A stretch of 64,000 bases of DNA. Source: Flectonema sp. DT1601 (lineage: Eukaryota). Position 1 is the first letter of the stretch; every line of letters begins with the position of its first letter. The DNA lies in NCBI GenBank assembly GCA_964019425.1, contig OZ025794.1, forward strand, positions 558,001-622,000, in the 5' to 3' direction. Of this stretch, positions 1-11,222 are shown piece by piece. The notes beneath the pieces are model-generated. The model made no database searches. It had not been told where the DNA came from and saw only the letters and a program-made list of their open reading frames with translations. The position numbers and the translations under genes are program-made.

Positions 1-1267
1 TTTCTCGCTTTTTTTTATAGGAGAAAAAAAAAAAAAAAGAAAACAAAAGGTTATGTATAATCCTGTATCAGTTTTTCCTTTTGAAAGATAAAACTAATTA
101 AAAAAAAAAAAAAAAAAAAAGAAAGTGATAATACCACGAATCTCGAGAAGTTACTATACAGAACGTAAGGATTCTTACATAATGAAATCTAGACGTGTTG
201 CTATCGAACCGCACCCAATTCGATCGATGCAAAAACACATCTATTTTTTTTATTTTATTTTTTTTAAATATTAGTCAATGCTTAAAAAAACTGTTTTATT
301 TGACTCTCGCTGATTCTTATTACTTTACTTTCGTCCCTTTTTTTGTAAACATTTCTCCGATATGCAAGTTCTTCGACTTCGATGAACATATTAGTTATAA
401 TTATCATTGATCAAGTTGAAAGTTACAGATCTCTAGTGGTGTTCAAAGAAATAACCAGTTCTCTTCGAGCGTCCACTTTACACAGAAATCTAGTACGCCT
501 ATCTGTAAACAAAGTTTTTTATTGTTTTTTTTTTTTTTTTTTTTTTTTTTATCAATTCTTTCTATTTTGTGTTGTAGATACCAAAATGCGGGATTTTTGA
601 TTATCGAAAATTAAAAAAAAAAAATAAAATAAAATAACCACCTGTTATTCCAAGCTGTGAAGTTATTAATGCAGCTTTCCCCCGAATATCACACTCACTA
701 AAACTAATTAAATCACAAAAAGCCGTTCTTTTTGCTTGTGTGTCACTCAGTTATGTATTCATTAATTAGAGTTAAATCTTAATAAAAAGAAAATAATATA
801 TTTCCCGGTTTCTGGATATATAGTGTTTGTTTGGTTTTTCCCCCCCTCACACCTTTTTCATTCCTTTTTTCCCCTTCAAAATAATAATATAAAAAAAAAA
901 AAAAAAAAATTTAAAATTTAAAAATAGAATGCCTTTCTACTAAGAATCAACAAACTTAATGTAAAAAGGTAACCCCAAATTGTATAAACAAAACGTTCAC
1001 TTCTGCATTGACGGTAGCCGACAAAGCAGAAGGGAGAAAGCCCAAAAAACGATAAAAAAAAAAAAAGAAAATTATTCTGTTAAAGAATAGCAATCTGAGT
1101 TAAAATCCGTAGGGAAGAAAAAAATGTACTCAACTGTGTTTCTGGATGTGTGTGGTCTGCAATTCTCGTCTGATTCAGTACAGGTATTGCTCGTTTATTG
1201 AAAGGGGATTAAAAAAAGAGGGAAACATGGGAAAAAGTGCTACGAAGAATGGCAGAGAGCAAGTAAG

Positions 1268-1299
<32 letters not shown>

Positions 1300-1459
1300 C
1301 TTACTCGCTATCGCTGGTTCAATAATCCGAAGCACAACCATGTAAATACTACTGATGTTGCAATAAAACTGTTTTGGGCAGCAGGGCAAGTTTCGTGCGT
1401 GCTTTCACCCCCATCGTGTCGGGGTTCAATTCCTTTTTTTCCTTTTGTTCTTCGCGAAA

Positions 1460-1460
<1 letters not shown>

Positions 1461-1490
<30 letters not shown>
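1461..1490. repeat. (ATT)10 microsatellite
   Basis: Directly visible perfect trinucleotide run. Confidence 0.9.
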
Positions 1491-1899
1491 TTTTTTGTTT
1501 TTCACGTTCCCCGATGTCTCTCCTCTTATTTGCCAGTCATCCCAAATACCCTTCACTTGATACGAGACGTCCTAAGCAGTCGTTTCAAACTCGTCACCAT
1601 TTGCCTCGTTTAGCGTATGCCTGCCAGACTGAAATTGCACTTGTTTTCATACCGTGTGATAACAACAGAAATGAAGTTGTTTTCTTTTTGCGGAGCGAAA
1701 AAGTAAGCTTTGCAGCAGGTGAAGGGGATTCTTGGTTTGTATCACTCAAAGCCAGCAATGGACAACTGTTATTTTCCTTCACAGAAATCAAATGGAACAT
1801 CATGAGTTCTGAGAGTGTTCTGATAATAATAATTGAGATTTTCTTATTAAGTCTCTTGTTGAGAGGTTTCTTTATTAACAACATTCTCAGGTGTACACA

Positions 1900-2856
1900 A
1901 TGGAAGACCTCTTCTCAGAATGGTTACCAGAATCTTGGATGAAAACAGTTGAAAGCACAGCGAATACAGTCAGTGAACAACTTGAAGGTACTGAAGAAGA
2001 CTTAAGTGAAGGAGGGGTACCAAGTGTTATAGGACTGTTATGGCCAACTGGTGTTAGAAGTATTGGAAGAGAGAAGTCAGCAGGTCCACTATCGTGGGCT
2101 GCTGCAGCTGGTCACCGTAAGTTAGATGGCGACGTTCAAATGGCTCACCTACCGGATACTTTTCAAGGAGCATCTAAATATCGAGAGCTGGGTATTGGAA
2201 ATCCATCTGATGAACTTTTATTTAATCCTATCGAATTCCCAAAGGGGAAACCACAGAGTCAAACACAACCACACACATCAACACCTACTATCCCAAAGTT
2301 GAATGCCGTACTCCAGGTGGAGAATGCCCCTCTAGGATGTGACAGCGCTAAGGTTCCCCTTCACTACTGTAGAGAAACAACTAACTCGAGTTTGCGTCGA
2401 GTTCAACAAACAGAACAAGCATCAGCACTACAATATGGAGTTGATCATTTAACAAATAGTGACCCTTCAAGACCAATAACCGGTGGTGTTGGGCCAACAG
2501 GATTTATGTTAGCAACTGAAGCAGCTATATCAGTATGTGAGAATCAGGCTAATATGGTAGCCCCTGTTGCAATGTTACCTGGTAAGAAGAACCATCACAC
2601 TGAAGATGCGAGACCTGTTTATAATTACACGTCTATTCAAATGGGGAAGAAAGGTCGCTCTCTGGTAGAACAATCACCAAAAGAGACTTACGGACCAGAA
2701 AAATACTCGTCAATTGACACTCCGAAGGTTGCTCATAATTTCAGATTTCTTAAGCCCCTGCGTGATACAGAAACTGGTGAAGTTCATTGGGAGATGCCTT
2801 CCCGAGATACTCTCGCAGAACGGTATATTAGAAATGTTATTCAAAAGCCTGACTGA
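1900..2856 (+). CDS. Hypothetical protein (~318 aa)
   Basis: Long ORF 1891..2856. First ATG at 1900, 10 nt after acceptor-like ttctcag (ends 1890). No recognisable domain. Confidence 0.65.
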   Translation: MEDLFSEWLPESWMKTVESTANTVSEQLEGTEEDLSEGGVPSVIGLLWPTGVRSIGREKSAGPLSWAAAAGHRKLDGDVQMAHLPDTFQGASKYRELGIGNPSDELLFNPIEFPKGKPQSQTQPHTSTPTIPKLNAVLQVENAPLGCDSAKVPLHYCRETTNSSLRRVQQTEQASALQYGVDHLTNSDPSRPITGGVGPTGFMLATEAAISVCENQANMVAPVAMLPGKKNHHTEDARPVYNYTSIQMGKKGRSLVEQSPKETYGPEKYSSIDTPKVAHNFRFLKPLRDTETGEVHWEMPSRDTLAERYIRNVIQKPD

Positions 2857-3040
2857 ATGTTTGTAAACAAAAGACGTTGTTTACACATGAAAAAACAACT
2901 ATCTTACGTTGGGTTTTACCCCTTTGACATGGCACATGCCACGCACGTTAACAGCATTAAGCCTTTGTGTTATTAATGTTCGCCGAGTTAATATCTTTTC
3001 ACTCATTTCAGACGATAAAAGACACACAAAGACTAAAACA

Positions 3041-4195
3041 ATGCCACCAAGGGAAGTTAGTATCGGAGTTCACATGAAGCGGAAGTTATTGGAGCAACGA
3101 ACTCAAGCAAGGATGTCCTCAATAATTGAAGAGACGGAGAGACTGATGAAAGAGTTCGCATGTGATGACATGGTATGCAAATTCGTTATCGATGAATGGA
3201 AAGAACTCGTTGAAAAGAATTTTAAAGGAGCGCCCGTTGTATCAAAAGTAACAACAGCTGAGAAATTAAAAGATTCGAAAATTAAAAATACTGGTAGACC
3301 TCTGACAGCAAAACTACAAAAACTTGAAACCGTATTCTCTAGAGAGCGGGTGGCACTAAGGAATATAAAAAGTGAATGTAAATTTCCAATGACAATGATA
3401 TCAGAGAGAAATACTCCATACTACTCGTCTCCTGCAGTAATTCAACAAGCCGACATAGGTTTCATAGGCAACGGTCTATCGTTCTTAGATGGCGGACTCC
3501 TAGCCGATGTGAAGTACGCAACCAGTAATCAACCTCGCAAATACTCAAAACAAAATCTACAAATTACCTTAAGTGACGATCATAATTCTCGAGTACCAGC
3601 TTTATTTAATAGTGAAAACAGTGAGAAGGTTAGCAATCATTCGAAAACCGTCAAAAGATATCGTAAAAGACTCGCACCTCAACGATCTAATAATTGTGAT
3701 GGAACAAATAATAATTTAGGAATTGTGTATTCACGTAATTCATTAAGTTCTCACTTAGATGGAGGTCCTGAAACTGATATTGCAAAACCAATGGAACGAC
3801 CTCTTAAAAAGGAAACAGAAACCCAAGACACGAACCTTAATCTTGAATTCGATGATAAAGAGCAAGCAGGTGAGGAGGACCTTAGTTTCAGGAGTCCAAC
3901 CGGCTGGGAAATTGTATCTTCTGATGAGGAGCTTGAAAGAATCAGAGCCCAACAAATCAAAAATCTCTCAGAGCCTTGTTCTGTAAACATTTTTGCTTTT
4001 TGCAATGCACCGAAGAGAAAGGCTGTTCCGAACTGTTTCTTTTTCGCAGGTGGCTTTCTTGAAATTGGTGACTACGTCGTGACATTCGATGAATTTGCTG
4101 CGTGGGGACTCCGTACGGACGTTTTAAAAGTCAACCCGGAAGAACTGGTATCCGGTGTTGTAAAAGAAGAGGAAGAAAGTCCTGCTGTTAAGTAA
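3041..4195 (+). CDS. Hypothetical protein (~384 aa)
   Basis: ORF 2909..4195. Likely start MPPREV at 3041, downstream of acceptor-like ttttcactcatttcag (3011). No recognisable domain. Confidence 0.65.
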   Translation: MPPREVSIGVHMKRKLLEQRTQARMSSIIEETERLMKEFACDDMVCKFVIDEWKELVEKNFKGAPVVSKVTTAEKLKDSKIKNTGRPLTAKLQKLETVFSRERVALRNIKSECKFPMTMISERNTPYYSSPAVIQQADIGFIGNGLSFLDGGLLADVKYATSNQPRKYSKQNLQITLSDDHNSRVPALFNSENSEKVSNHSKTVKRYRKRLAPQRSNNCDGTNNNLGIVYSRNSLSSHLDGGPETDIAKPMERPLKKETETQDTNLNLEFDDKEQAGEEDLSFRSPTGWEIVSSDEELERIRAQQIKNLSEPCSVNIFAFCNAPKRKAVPNCFFFAGGFLEIGDYVVTFDEFAAWGLRTDVLKVNPEELVSGVVKEEEESPAVK

Positions 4196-4337
4196 TGTCA
4201 AAAGAGTCCACCGAGTCCTATCCCTGGTGGTTGAGTATAACTTTTTTCAACTCTGCACAAACAAGAATTGAGTGAGTTTTCTTTAACTGAAAAAAAAAAA
4301 AAGTACTTTTTTCTTTCCATCTCCAGGGCAACAATAA

Positions 4338-5360
4338 ATGTCTTCTCCAATACCTGGAGTCGGTGGTAGGGACACTACTTGGTCTGAAACTACACCTGCG
4401 ATGTACCTTGATCAATATGGTTTCATTATAGGTCCTAATGATGAACCTCCGAAACAACCATCTCTTCGAGAGACAGAAAGAGAACATAAGAAAATTGATA
4501 AATGGATGAAGATGATTGGAAAGTGGGACTGCACAACTCAACATTATAAAAAATTAAAAAGAAGAGTACGAAAAGGAATACCAGAAACTCTACGAGGCCT
4601 TTCATGGCAACTTTTGTTAGGTTCAAGAGAACTACAACTAAACAATGAAGGTCTGTACGCTACTCTTTCAAAACAAGAAATGAATCCTACACAATCTGAG
4701 ATCGCAAAAAGAGATTTATCAAGAACGTTTCCTACTCACGCTCTCTTTTTAAATGCTGATGGAGTTGGTCAGCCATCTCTATTCACTGTACTACATGCTT
4801 ATGCAGTATATGATCCACTTGTAGGTTATTGCCAAGGGATGGGTTTTATCGTCGCTACTTTACTAACTCAAATGTCAGAAGAAGAAGCCTTTTGGGCCTT
4901 CGTAGTCCTAATGAGAGACAAGAAATATAATATTGGTGAAATGTATCTTCCTGAATTCCCGAGAGTTAAGGAGTGTTTTGGGTTGCTTGAATTGTTAATT
5001 AAAAAACATATTCCTGAATTAGCAACTCACCTAATAGATGAAGGTGTTGTTGTTATGAGTTTTGCTTCTCAGTGGTTCATGACTTTATTTGTTTACGTAT
5101 TTCCATTTAAACTTGTTCTCAGAGTTTGGGACATATTCTTAACTGAACGTTGGAAAATAATATTTAGAATTGCGATATATTTATTGCTTTCGGAGTCCTC
5201 TTTACTATTGACTTTAAACATGGAAGGGATTTTGCAGAAATTAAAAACACTTCACAACAACAAGACTCCGGATGACATAATTACGGAAGCAAATAAACTA
5301 AAAATCACCAACCGTGAATTAGAATTATTGACCATATCTCTTAGAGAGGAAGGGCTGTAG
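4338..5360 (+). CDS. Rab GTPase-activating protein, TBC domain (340 aa)
   Basis: Motifs LDQYGF, RVRKGIPETLRGLSW, IAKRDLSRTFP (Arg finger), VGYCQGMGF (Gln finger), EEEAFW, FASQWFMTLF, LRVWDIFL. Confidence 0.95.
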   Translation: MSSPIPGVGGRDTTWSETTPAMYLDQYGFIIGPNDEPPKQPSLRETEREHKKIDKWMKMIGKWDCTTQHYKKLKRRVRKGIPETLRGLSWQLLLGSRELQLNNEGLYATLSKQEMNPTQSEIAKRDLSRTFPTHALFLNADGVGQPSLFTVLHAYAVYDPLVGYCQGMGFIVATLLTQMSEEEAFWAFVVLMRDKKYNIGEMYLPEFPRVKECFGLLELLIKKHIPELATHLIDEGVVVMSFASQWFMTLFVYVFPFKLVLRVWDIFLTERWKIIFRIAIYLLLSESSLLLTLNMEGILQKLKTLHNNKTPDDIITEANKLKITNRELELLTISLREEGL

Positions 5361-5397
5361 ATACACGACTTTCCCTTTTTTTTTTTTTTTTTTTTTT

Positions 5398-5518
5398 GCA
5401 CAGACGAAGTCGGGGAAACTATTCAGATTAAGAGCCGTTATCATGTTATTTATTTCCCCTGTGCGATCAGTATGGTTGCTTGCGATCAACGAAATGTTGG
5501 GTTTTGTTTGAATAGTTT
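5398..5518 (+). repeat. Dispersed two-hairpin element, copy 1
   Basis: T-run, cagacgaagtcgg, gaaactattcagatt ... gtttgaatagttt, T-run. Alignable by eye to the copies at 25402, 27058 and 57533. Confidence 0.8.
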
Positions 5519-5787
5519 TTTTTACTTTAATTTTTGAAATGATCTTTCTTTTAATTGAACTGATTTTTGTCAGTCAATGTACTCTTCTTCTTGATATACC
5601 TGTTGTTGGTTTTTTATTTTCCTGATTTTAATTAGTTTTATCGAAACATTATGAAGGGTCTGTTATTACCCTCTTTATCAGTTCTGTTTTTGTCTTTCTT
5701 GCCGTTCGACGACAAGTTTATATTTCTGTCCGAAATTTCCTTTTTATGACAATAATTAATCAACCACAGGTCCACACAAAAAAAAAT

Positions 5788-7215
5788 ATGATCCATGGTG
5801 GCTTACAATACCCCAGTATAAACAAAGCTCTACGAAGAAATTTCTACAGAGAGGTTATTGATGATTTGAATATTACAAGAAAGTTAGTAGAGCATCTGGG
5901 ATGTGTTAACAGTGTGTCATATAATGAGAATGGGACGAAGTTGGTTAGCGGCAGTGATGATACGAATTTAAATATATGGGATGTGGCTACTGGAGAGCTA
6001 GTAATCCCGACTGTGTCAACAGGTCATCAGGGAAATATATTCGCTGCGAGGTTTGTACCATACTCTGATGACACAATGTTAATATCTGGTGGTTTTGATG
6101 AACAAGCTAGGCTAACAGTATTAGATGAAACAGGAGCAGTTGCTGCATCAAGATGTCTTATAAATAATCTTGGTTATGTCACCACAGTTGAGTACTCTGC
6201 TGAGTTTCCATTCGTAGCATTCACTCTTCACGGTAGCGGATTTGTAGCTCACGATCTTCGTATTCAGAGTCACAAAACATTATTAAGAAGGACACCATCT
6301 AGTTCACAGTTATCATGTTGTGCTGTCTGTCCTACTCAAGGAAATGTTTTCGCGATGGGATTATCCGGATCTGTTCATTTGTATGACATTCGTATTCTAC
6401 GTCGAAATACTTCGAGGAGTACCTCGAGTAGTTATGGATTGTCGTTTTTAGAATTATGTGCCGGAGGTGGGGGTCAAAATTATTTTTTATACGATACGGG
6501 AGTGTCAGGTCTCAGTTGGAATTCTACAGGAACTGAAATAGCTGCGAATTGTCTCGGAGATGATCTATTTCTATTTCAAACTGTTGGGACAGGGAAGGCA
6601 GATCCAAAGAAGTTATCGACATGTAGAACTGATATAGGTCCATTTCATCATAATAGTATCGGACATCCTGACCCTCCAACACCAAGTGGAGCTCGTAGTG
6701 ATGACGACTCAGAAAGTACTTTCTCAGGAGAGCAACTTTACACTCGATTACGAGGAAGGCGAAACACCCGAACGATGTTTAAGAATGTTTGTTACTTTAT
6801 GGAAGATCGTTATATCTGTTCAGGTGATGATGAAGGTAGAGTTTGTATTTGGGATCGTTCAACTACGAAAATGATTAGCAACAAGAAAGGTGACGGAGAC
6901 GTCGTCAACAGTGTTCAACCTCACCCACTTGGTAAGCCTCAATTAGTCACATGTGGTATTAGTTGTACTATAAAAGTTTGGGAACCTGCTGAAGCTGATG
7001 ACAACATTTCAATATCTGATGGTGCTATTAGTGATAGCTTCGACTCTTGGATCGAAGGACCAGAAGTTGAATTTGAAGAAGCTGATCTCGATTACGAAGA
7101 CGAAGACGATGCTGAAGACCCAGACCTTGGAGAATTCGACGACTTTCCTGAAGACGCTGATGACATAGAAGAGTCTGCAACCCCCCCTTCAAGCATCAAT
7201 ACCGAACCCAAATAA
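5788..7215 (+). CDS. WD40-repeat protein, DCAF8/WDTC1-like, with acidic tail
   Basis: HLGCVNSVSYNENGTKLVSGSDDTNLNIWD, TGHQGNIFAARFVP, CSGDDEGRVCIWDR, GDGDVVNSVQPHP. ORF opens at 5746; ATG 5788 follows acceptor-like cacag (5769). Confidence 0.88.
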   Translation: MIHGGLQYPSINKALRRNFYREVIDDLNITRKLVEHLGCVNSVSYNENGTKLVSGSDDTNLNIWDVATGELVIPTVSTGHQGNIFAARFVPYSDDTMLISGGFDEQARLTVLDETGAVAASRCLINNLGYVTTVEYSAEFPFVAFTLHGSGFVAHDLRIQSHKTLLRRTPSSSQLSCCAVCPTQGNVFAMGLSGSVHLYDIRILRRNTSRSTSSSYGLSFLELCAGGGGQNYFLYDTGVSGLSWNSTGTEIAANCLGDDLFLFQTVGTGKADPKKLSTCRTDIGPFHHNSIGHPDPPTPSGARSDDDSESTFSGEQLYTRLRGRRNTRTMFKNVCYFMEDRYICSGDDEGRVCIWDRSTTKMISNKKGDGDVVNSVQPHPLGKPQLVTCGISCTIKVWEPAEADDNISISDGAISDSFDSWIEGPEVEFEEADLDYEDEDDAEDPDLGEFDDFPEDADDIEESATPPSSINTEPK

Positions 7216-7912
7216 TAGTTCTGTTTTGTTAAATTGCCTTGCCATTTTTGCCTTTCGCATACGGAGATAACTTCTCACTGTAATCATTAACCTTGGCACT
7301 TAAGATCTTTTTGTTATGTTGCTATTAGTAGGATACGACAAAGTTAAGAAAAAAGAACCCCTGGTACAAACAATACGATCATTTCGTCATAGCTGGGGCT
7401 GTACTATAATACCATCTGTGTGACTGTTTCTTTAACAGCAGCTTTGTGAGCAAATATTTCTGATACACTTCTTCTTCTTCTTCTTTTTTCCTTATTTCAA
7501 AAATAGGATATTCAGTATGCTTATAGAATTGGTTTTGTAATTACCGTATTTTACGTTTACATTTCCCCCCTCTCTAAGTATATAGTATAAAAGGTACATG
7601 AGTACTGTGATTTATGATGCGATAATTTTCACAGTTGCTGGTAGCGATATTACTATTACCCTGTGAGCTTATCCTGGCTTTTGGCTTCCTAGGCTTCGTA
7701 AATAAATAAATAAATAAATAATTCATCAGTAGAGGTGATGGTTTAAAGATTCATCTGAACTGCTAATGACTCACAAGTTTCTTGGAGAAGATGTTGCTGA
7801 CGGGTGTGAGAGTACTCTATGCATGTATTCTGTATCTAAAAGAGGAGAAAAAAAATAATAATAATAATAATTCTTCTCCACCCAGTTATATGATTGCGAT
7901 TTAAGATATAAA

Positions 7913-8200
7913 ATGTCTGGTGCGACACCGATATCGAATAGCGCACTGTCTGCTACACTTCGTGATCTTCGAGTTAGACAGCGTTCTCGGCAACCATCTG
8001 AACCCGCAGACTTGTTACAGAAATTACTGCAATACTTACCATTCATAGCAATATTATGTGTGCTTCCATTACTTTATGCAATATTTAACATGTACTATGG
8101 AAACTATTGCAAACATGATGAACTGCTCTTAGACCTCTCCAGTGACCTGAAGATGCTAAGAGATGAAATACGAGACCTGAAAGTATCACTTGGAGTGTGA
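7913..8200 (+). CDS. Small single-TM protein with C-terminal coiled coil (95 aa)
   Basis: Hydrophobic segment YLPFIAILCVLPLLYAIF followed by heptad-like LLLDLSSDLKMLRDEIRDLK. Co-oriented with neighbouring genes. Confidence 0.6.
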   Translation: MSGATPISNSALSATLRDLRVRQRSRQPSEPADLLQKLLQYLPFIAILCVLPLLYAIFNMYYGNYCKHDELLLDLSSDLKMLRDEIRDLKVSLGV

Positions 8201-8290
8201 TCCTTCATGACGTCATTTAGAGAACAGCTGAGGGTTGTGTCAAATAATGTTATAAAAGTCATATCTAATTTCCTAACAGAGAGGGTAACA

Positions 8291-10906
8291 ATGGAGAAGA
8301 ATGGCTCTGCTACGACTCGCAATGTAGTAATCGGTGGAGTATTGTTAGCTGTTTTGATGTGTTTTAGTGTCTGGATATCTGACACAGAAACTGACCAACA
8401 GACACCAGGCAGAATGATTTCAGTTGTTGGTAGTGAAGATTGCGGTATGGAAGCTGTTCTTCTCGAGAGGGCCATAAAACAAGCTGAGACGTTGGGGAAT
8501 TTCGTTCTGACTAAAGACGAATATCAAGAGAACGTTGAGCTAAGACAAGAAGTTGCTTTTCCTGTTCCTCTCTCATACTCCCCCAACATTCTGTTGGATA
8601 TGATGACTGACTTACACAAGTCTGCAAAACCAGCTGCTAAACATCGACAGTCCTCTCAACATATTGCTATCGCACATTCCCCTGGACAGCTTCACATATT
8701 TAGACCTGAAAAATATCCAAAAGGGGTGTTGACTCTTCCAGTTCTGTGTTCTACTAGAAAGACTGGTATCTACGCTTGGGGAGCTGCAGGTCTACATGAT
8801 GACCCGAAAGGTATCGACAAGGTACCAGTACTGACTGCTAGTGAATTATATTCCCTTTATGAAGAAGGTAAGATAACTGAAAGTGATATTGCCAGCAACC
8901 CTTTCGGTTCTGAAGTTGCACTTCGATCTGTAGCACTCAGTGAGACGGCTTCTTACTTACTGAGAGCATCAGAGATACTCGCTGCTTCGTTAGTTTCTGA
9001 TAATTATACAGGTCTTGAAGCAATCCTCAGATCACTTCGAAATACTTTATCAAAAGACGTCTCTAGCGCTGAACATGTTATTAGTTCTTTACAGCCAGCA
9101 TCGTTACAAAGTGGGGTTTCATTTTCATTGCCATTCTCATTCTTAGCACCTTCACCTCCTCCGGCACTTAGTTATGCGCTGCTTGAGCCGTCGGTGTTTT
9201 CGTTAGTACTTCCTCAAGAACTTTTGTTGAATATTTTTAATCCGACTAACTCAGAGCTTACACATGCGCCATTCGGCTTTGTAATTGAAACTACTGAAGA
9301 CTGCTTCCTTAGAGCAAGACTAGAAAATGGACTTTGTGAAGTTGTTAATTACGAACAAGTAGAAGACAAAGATGAATCTAACTCTGGATCAGGTTCAAGA
9401 AGTGATGAAGAAGAAGGTAGCGGTACCTACAAAGGAGAAAAGAAACATGAGATAGCATGTGTTCTTGATGATGTACCTGCTATGACAGTAAAGTCAGTTT
9501 CTGTAAAAATGAAAAAAATAAATAAACCACCAGCTGCGGCTGAAGGCACGTCTGGAGACTCAGCAACACCCACTGTCAGTAACACTTGTTATGCGGCATC
9601 GTATTTAGGTAATGGAGTGGTTAAACTAACTCATACTAGTTCAAAACACTCTGAGTCACCACCTGAGGAAGTAACTTTACAATTCTCAGTTGTAATTAGT
9701 GGTGAGCATCGAGAAGGCCTTCCCAGTCCATTTTCAGTTTTGTGCTCTTTCATGGTTTTATTTTTTGTAGCATTGATAGTCTCCGTTGCTATTCGAAGAT
9801 ATTCCACTTCCAGTAAGTTATTCTTGCTGCTTTCTCGATTCAATGGTAGTTATATTACAGCCGGTAGGATGGATGTAGTTTATTGCTTGTTTGGGTTTGG
9901 GTTTTGTTTTTTCTTCTCTCCACCCGTGACTGATACAGCAACTTATCGTACACTACTACTACCTGTTATAGTAGTTACAGCTTTAGGTGGTCTATCCCGT
10001 TGTGCGCTGTTTATATCTGGTGCTCTGGGGAGAGTAGTGTTGGCGTTGATTGTAGGATCTCATGTAAATTTTGAACCAGCTTGGCCGACAACATCAGTAA
10101 GTAAAGTGAGTGGTATTGGAGTAGTGGTTGATCAAGGAAGACTTGCTGATGATCTCATTCTAACATACTTACCATACGAAGGAATCACAACTACTATAAC
10201 TGCATGGCATGGTGATGAATGTCGTTTAGATATAGAGCATTGGTCAGGTAAGACTGACGGTTTCGAAGTCGATATTCGAACTGTCGTAACGGACTTCTCT
10301 CCTGCAACAATCTCAGGTTCCTTTGGTGAATTTCAATACAAGCCTCACTCATCAAAATCATCTAATACGATTACAACTAGAGATCCGATAGTTTTACACG
10401 GTGGTCATAAATCATTTTCACTGATTCCTCAACAAACTGTTTCATTTTCAATACAACAAAGTCTTTCTGGTGTCGTAATTGACTCAAGGCTTTCCCTTGG
10501 TGAAGGATTCGCAATTTCAGCTGTTTTTGTTGATACCAATTCAAGTATCAATAGTGAACCTCGAAGTCGACAAGGAGTGTTAGTTCTGAATCCAATTACA
10601 ACATCCTCGTCAGTATTATCAGAGATAAAACCAGAACTGTTGAGACCCCCTTCTGGTATTCACCTAACTCGTGTCAGGAGTTGGGACATAGAAGCCACCG
10701 AGGCTCTACTCATTACCCTTCACAATGTTAGGAATGTGTCTTTACCCGTAATGGTCAGTGAAATATGTCGTCTTCCAAAGTGTGATGATGCTAAGTTGTA
10801 CATCGCTGATCACTTTGGATCGCCATCTTGTGAAGCAAAAGCTGTTGATTTTCTTTCAGGTGGGGCCTACCGAACATACATTGTTTCGAAGGTTGCTCCC
10901 TGTTAG
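8291..10906 (+). CDS. Membrane protein with degenerate similarity to GH38 alpha-mannosidases
   Basis: 899-codon ORF from 8207; ATG 8291 follows ttcctaacag (8279). N-terminal TM (VVIGGVLLAVLMCFSVWI). LNIFNP, IHLTRVRSW..ALLITLHNV and terminal GAYRTYIV recall GH38 middle/C-terminal motifs. CDS is secure; family call is tentative. Confidence 0.6.
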   Translation: MEKNGSATTRNVVIGGVLLAVLMCFSVWISDTETDQQTPGRMISVVGSEDCGMEAVLLERAIKQAETLGNFVLTKDEYQENVELRQEVAFPVPLSYSPNILLDMMTDLHKSAKPAAKHRQSSQHIAIAHSPGQLHIFRPEKYPKGVLTLPVLCSTRKTGIYAWGAAGLHDDPKGIDKVPVLTASELYSLYEEGKITESDIASNPFGSEVALRSVALSETASYLLRASEILAASLVSDNYTGLEAILRSLRNTLSKDVSSAEHVISSLQPASLQSGVSFSLPFSFLAPSPPPALSYALLEPSVFSLVLPQELLLNIFNPTNSELTHAPFGFVIETTEDCFLRARLENGLCEVVNYEQVEDKDESNSGSGSRSDEEEGSGTYKGEKKHEIACVLDDVPAMTVKSVSVKMKKINKPPAAAEGTSGDSATPTVSNTCYAASYLGNGVVKLTHTSSKHSESPPEEVTLQFSVVISGEHREGLPSPFSVLCSFMVLFFVALIVSVAIRRYSTSSKLFLLLSRFNGSYITAGRMDVVYCLFGFGFCFFFSPPVTDTATYRTLLLPVIVVTALGGLSRCALFISGALGRVVLALIVGSHVNFEPAWPTTSVSKVSGIGVVVDQGRLADDLILTYLPYEGITTTITAWHGDECRLDIEHWSGKTDGFEVDIRTVVTDFSPATISGSFGEFQYKPHSSKSSNTITTRDPIVLHGGHKSFSLIPQQTVSFSIQQSLSGVVIDSRLSLGEGFAISAVFVDTNSSINSEPRSRQGVLVLNPITTSSSVLSEIKPELLRPPSGIHLTRVRSWDIEATEALLITLHNVRNVSLPVMVSEICRLPKCDDAKLYIADHFGSPSCEAKAVDFLSGGAYRTYIVSKVAPC

Positions 10907-11222
10907 TCATACGTACGCACAGCTGAAGTAGTTTTTGTGTTCGTTTTTTCTCTCATGGTTCGTTGTCTTTTTAAGGCATGGAATACCATTTTATTAAAAG
11001 AAATTAAAAATTTAAAAAAAAAAAAAAAAAATTGATAATTTGAATTGGGTTGTAAACTTGACGATCTTAATACAAAACATTGTTTTCGACAAATGTTTGT
11101 TTGGTATCAGTTTTGGTGTCGAAAGTGTTCACATCTTTTGTCCATTTTTCCAGCATTTCCAAAATGAATACCAGAGAACCAGATAACGAATATTATATTC
11201 TCACCTTCACAGTCAACTACAC

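Noticed and set aside
195..1884. Short ORFs at the window start
   Set aside because: Products are poly-F/K/N/Y/I translations of homopolymers and the ATT microsatellite.
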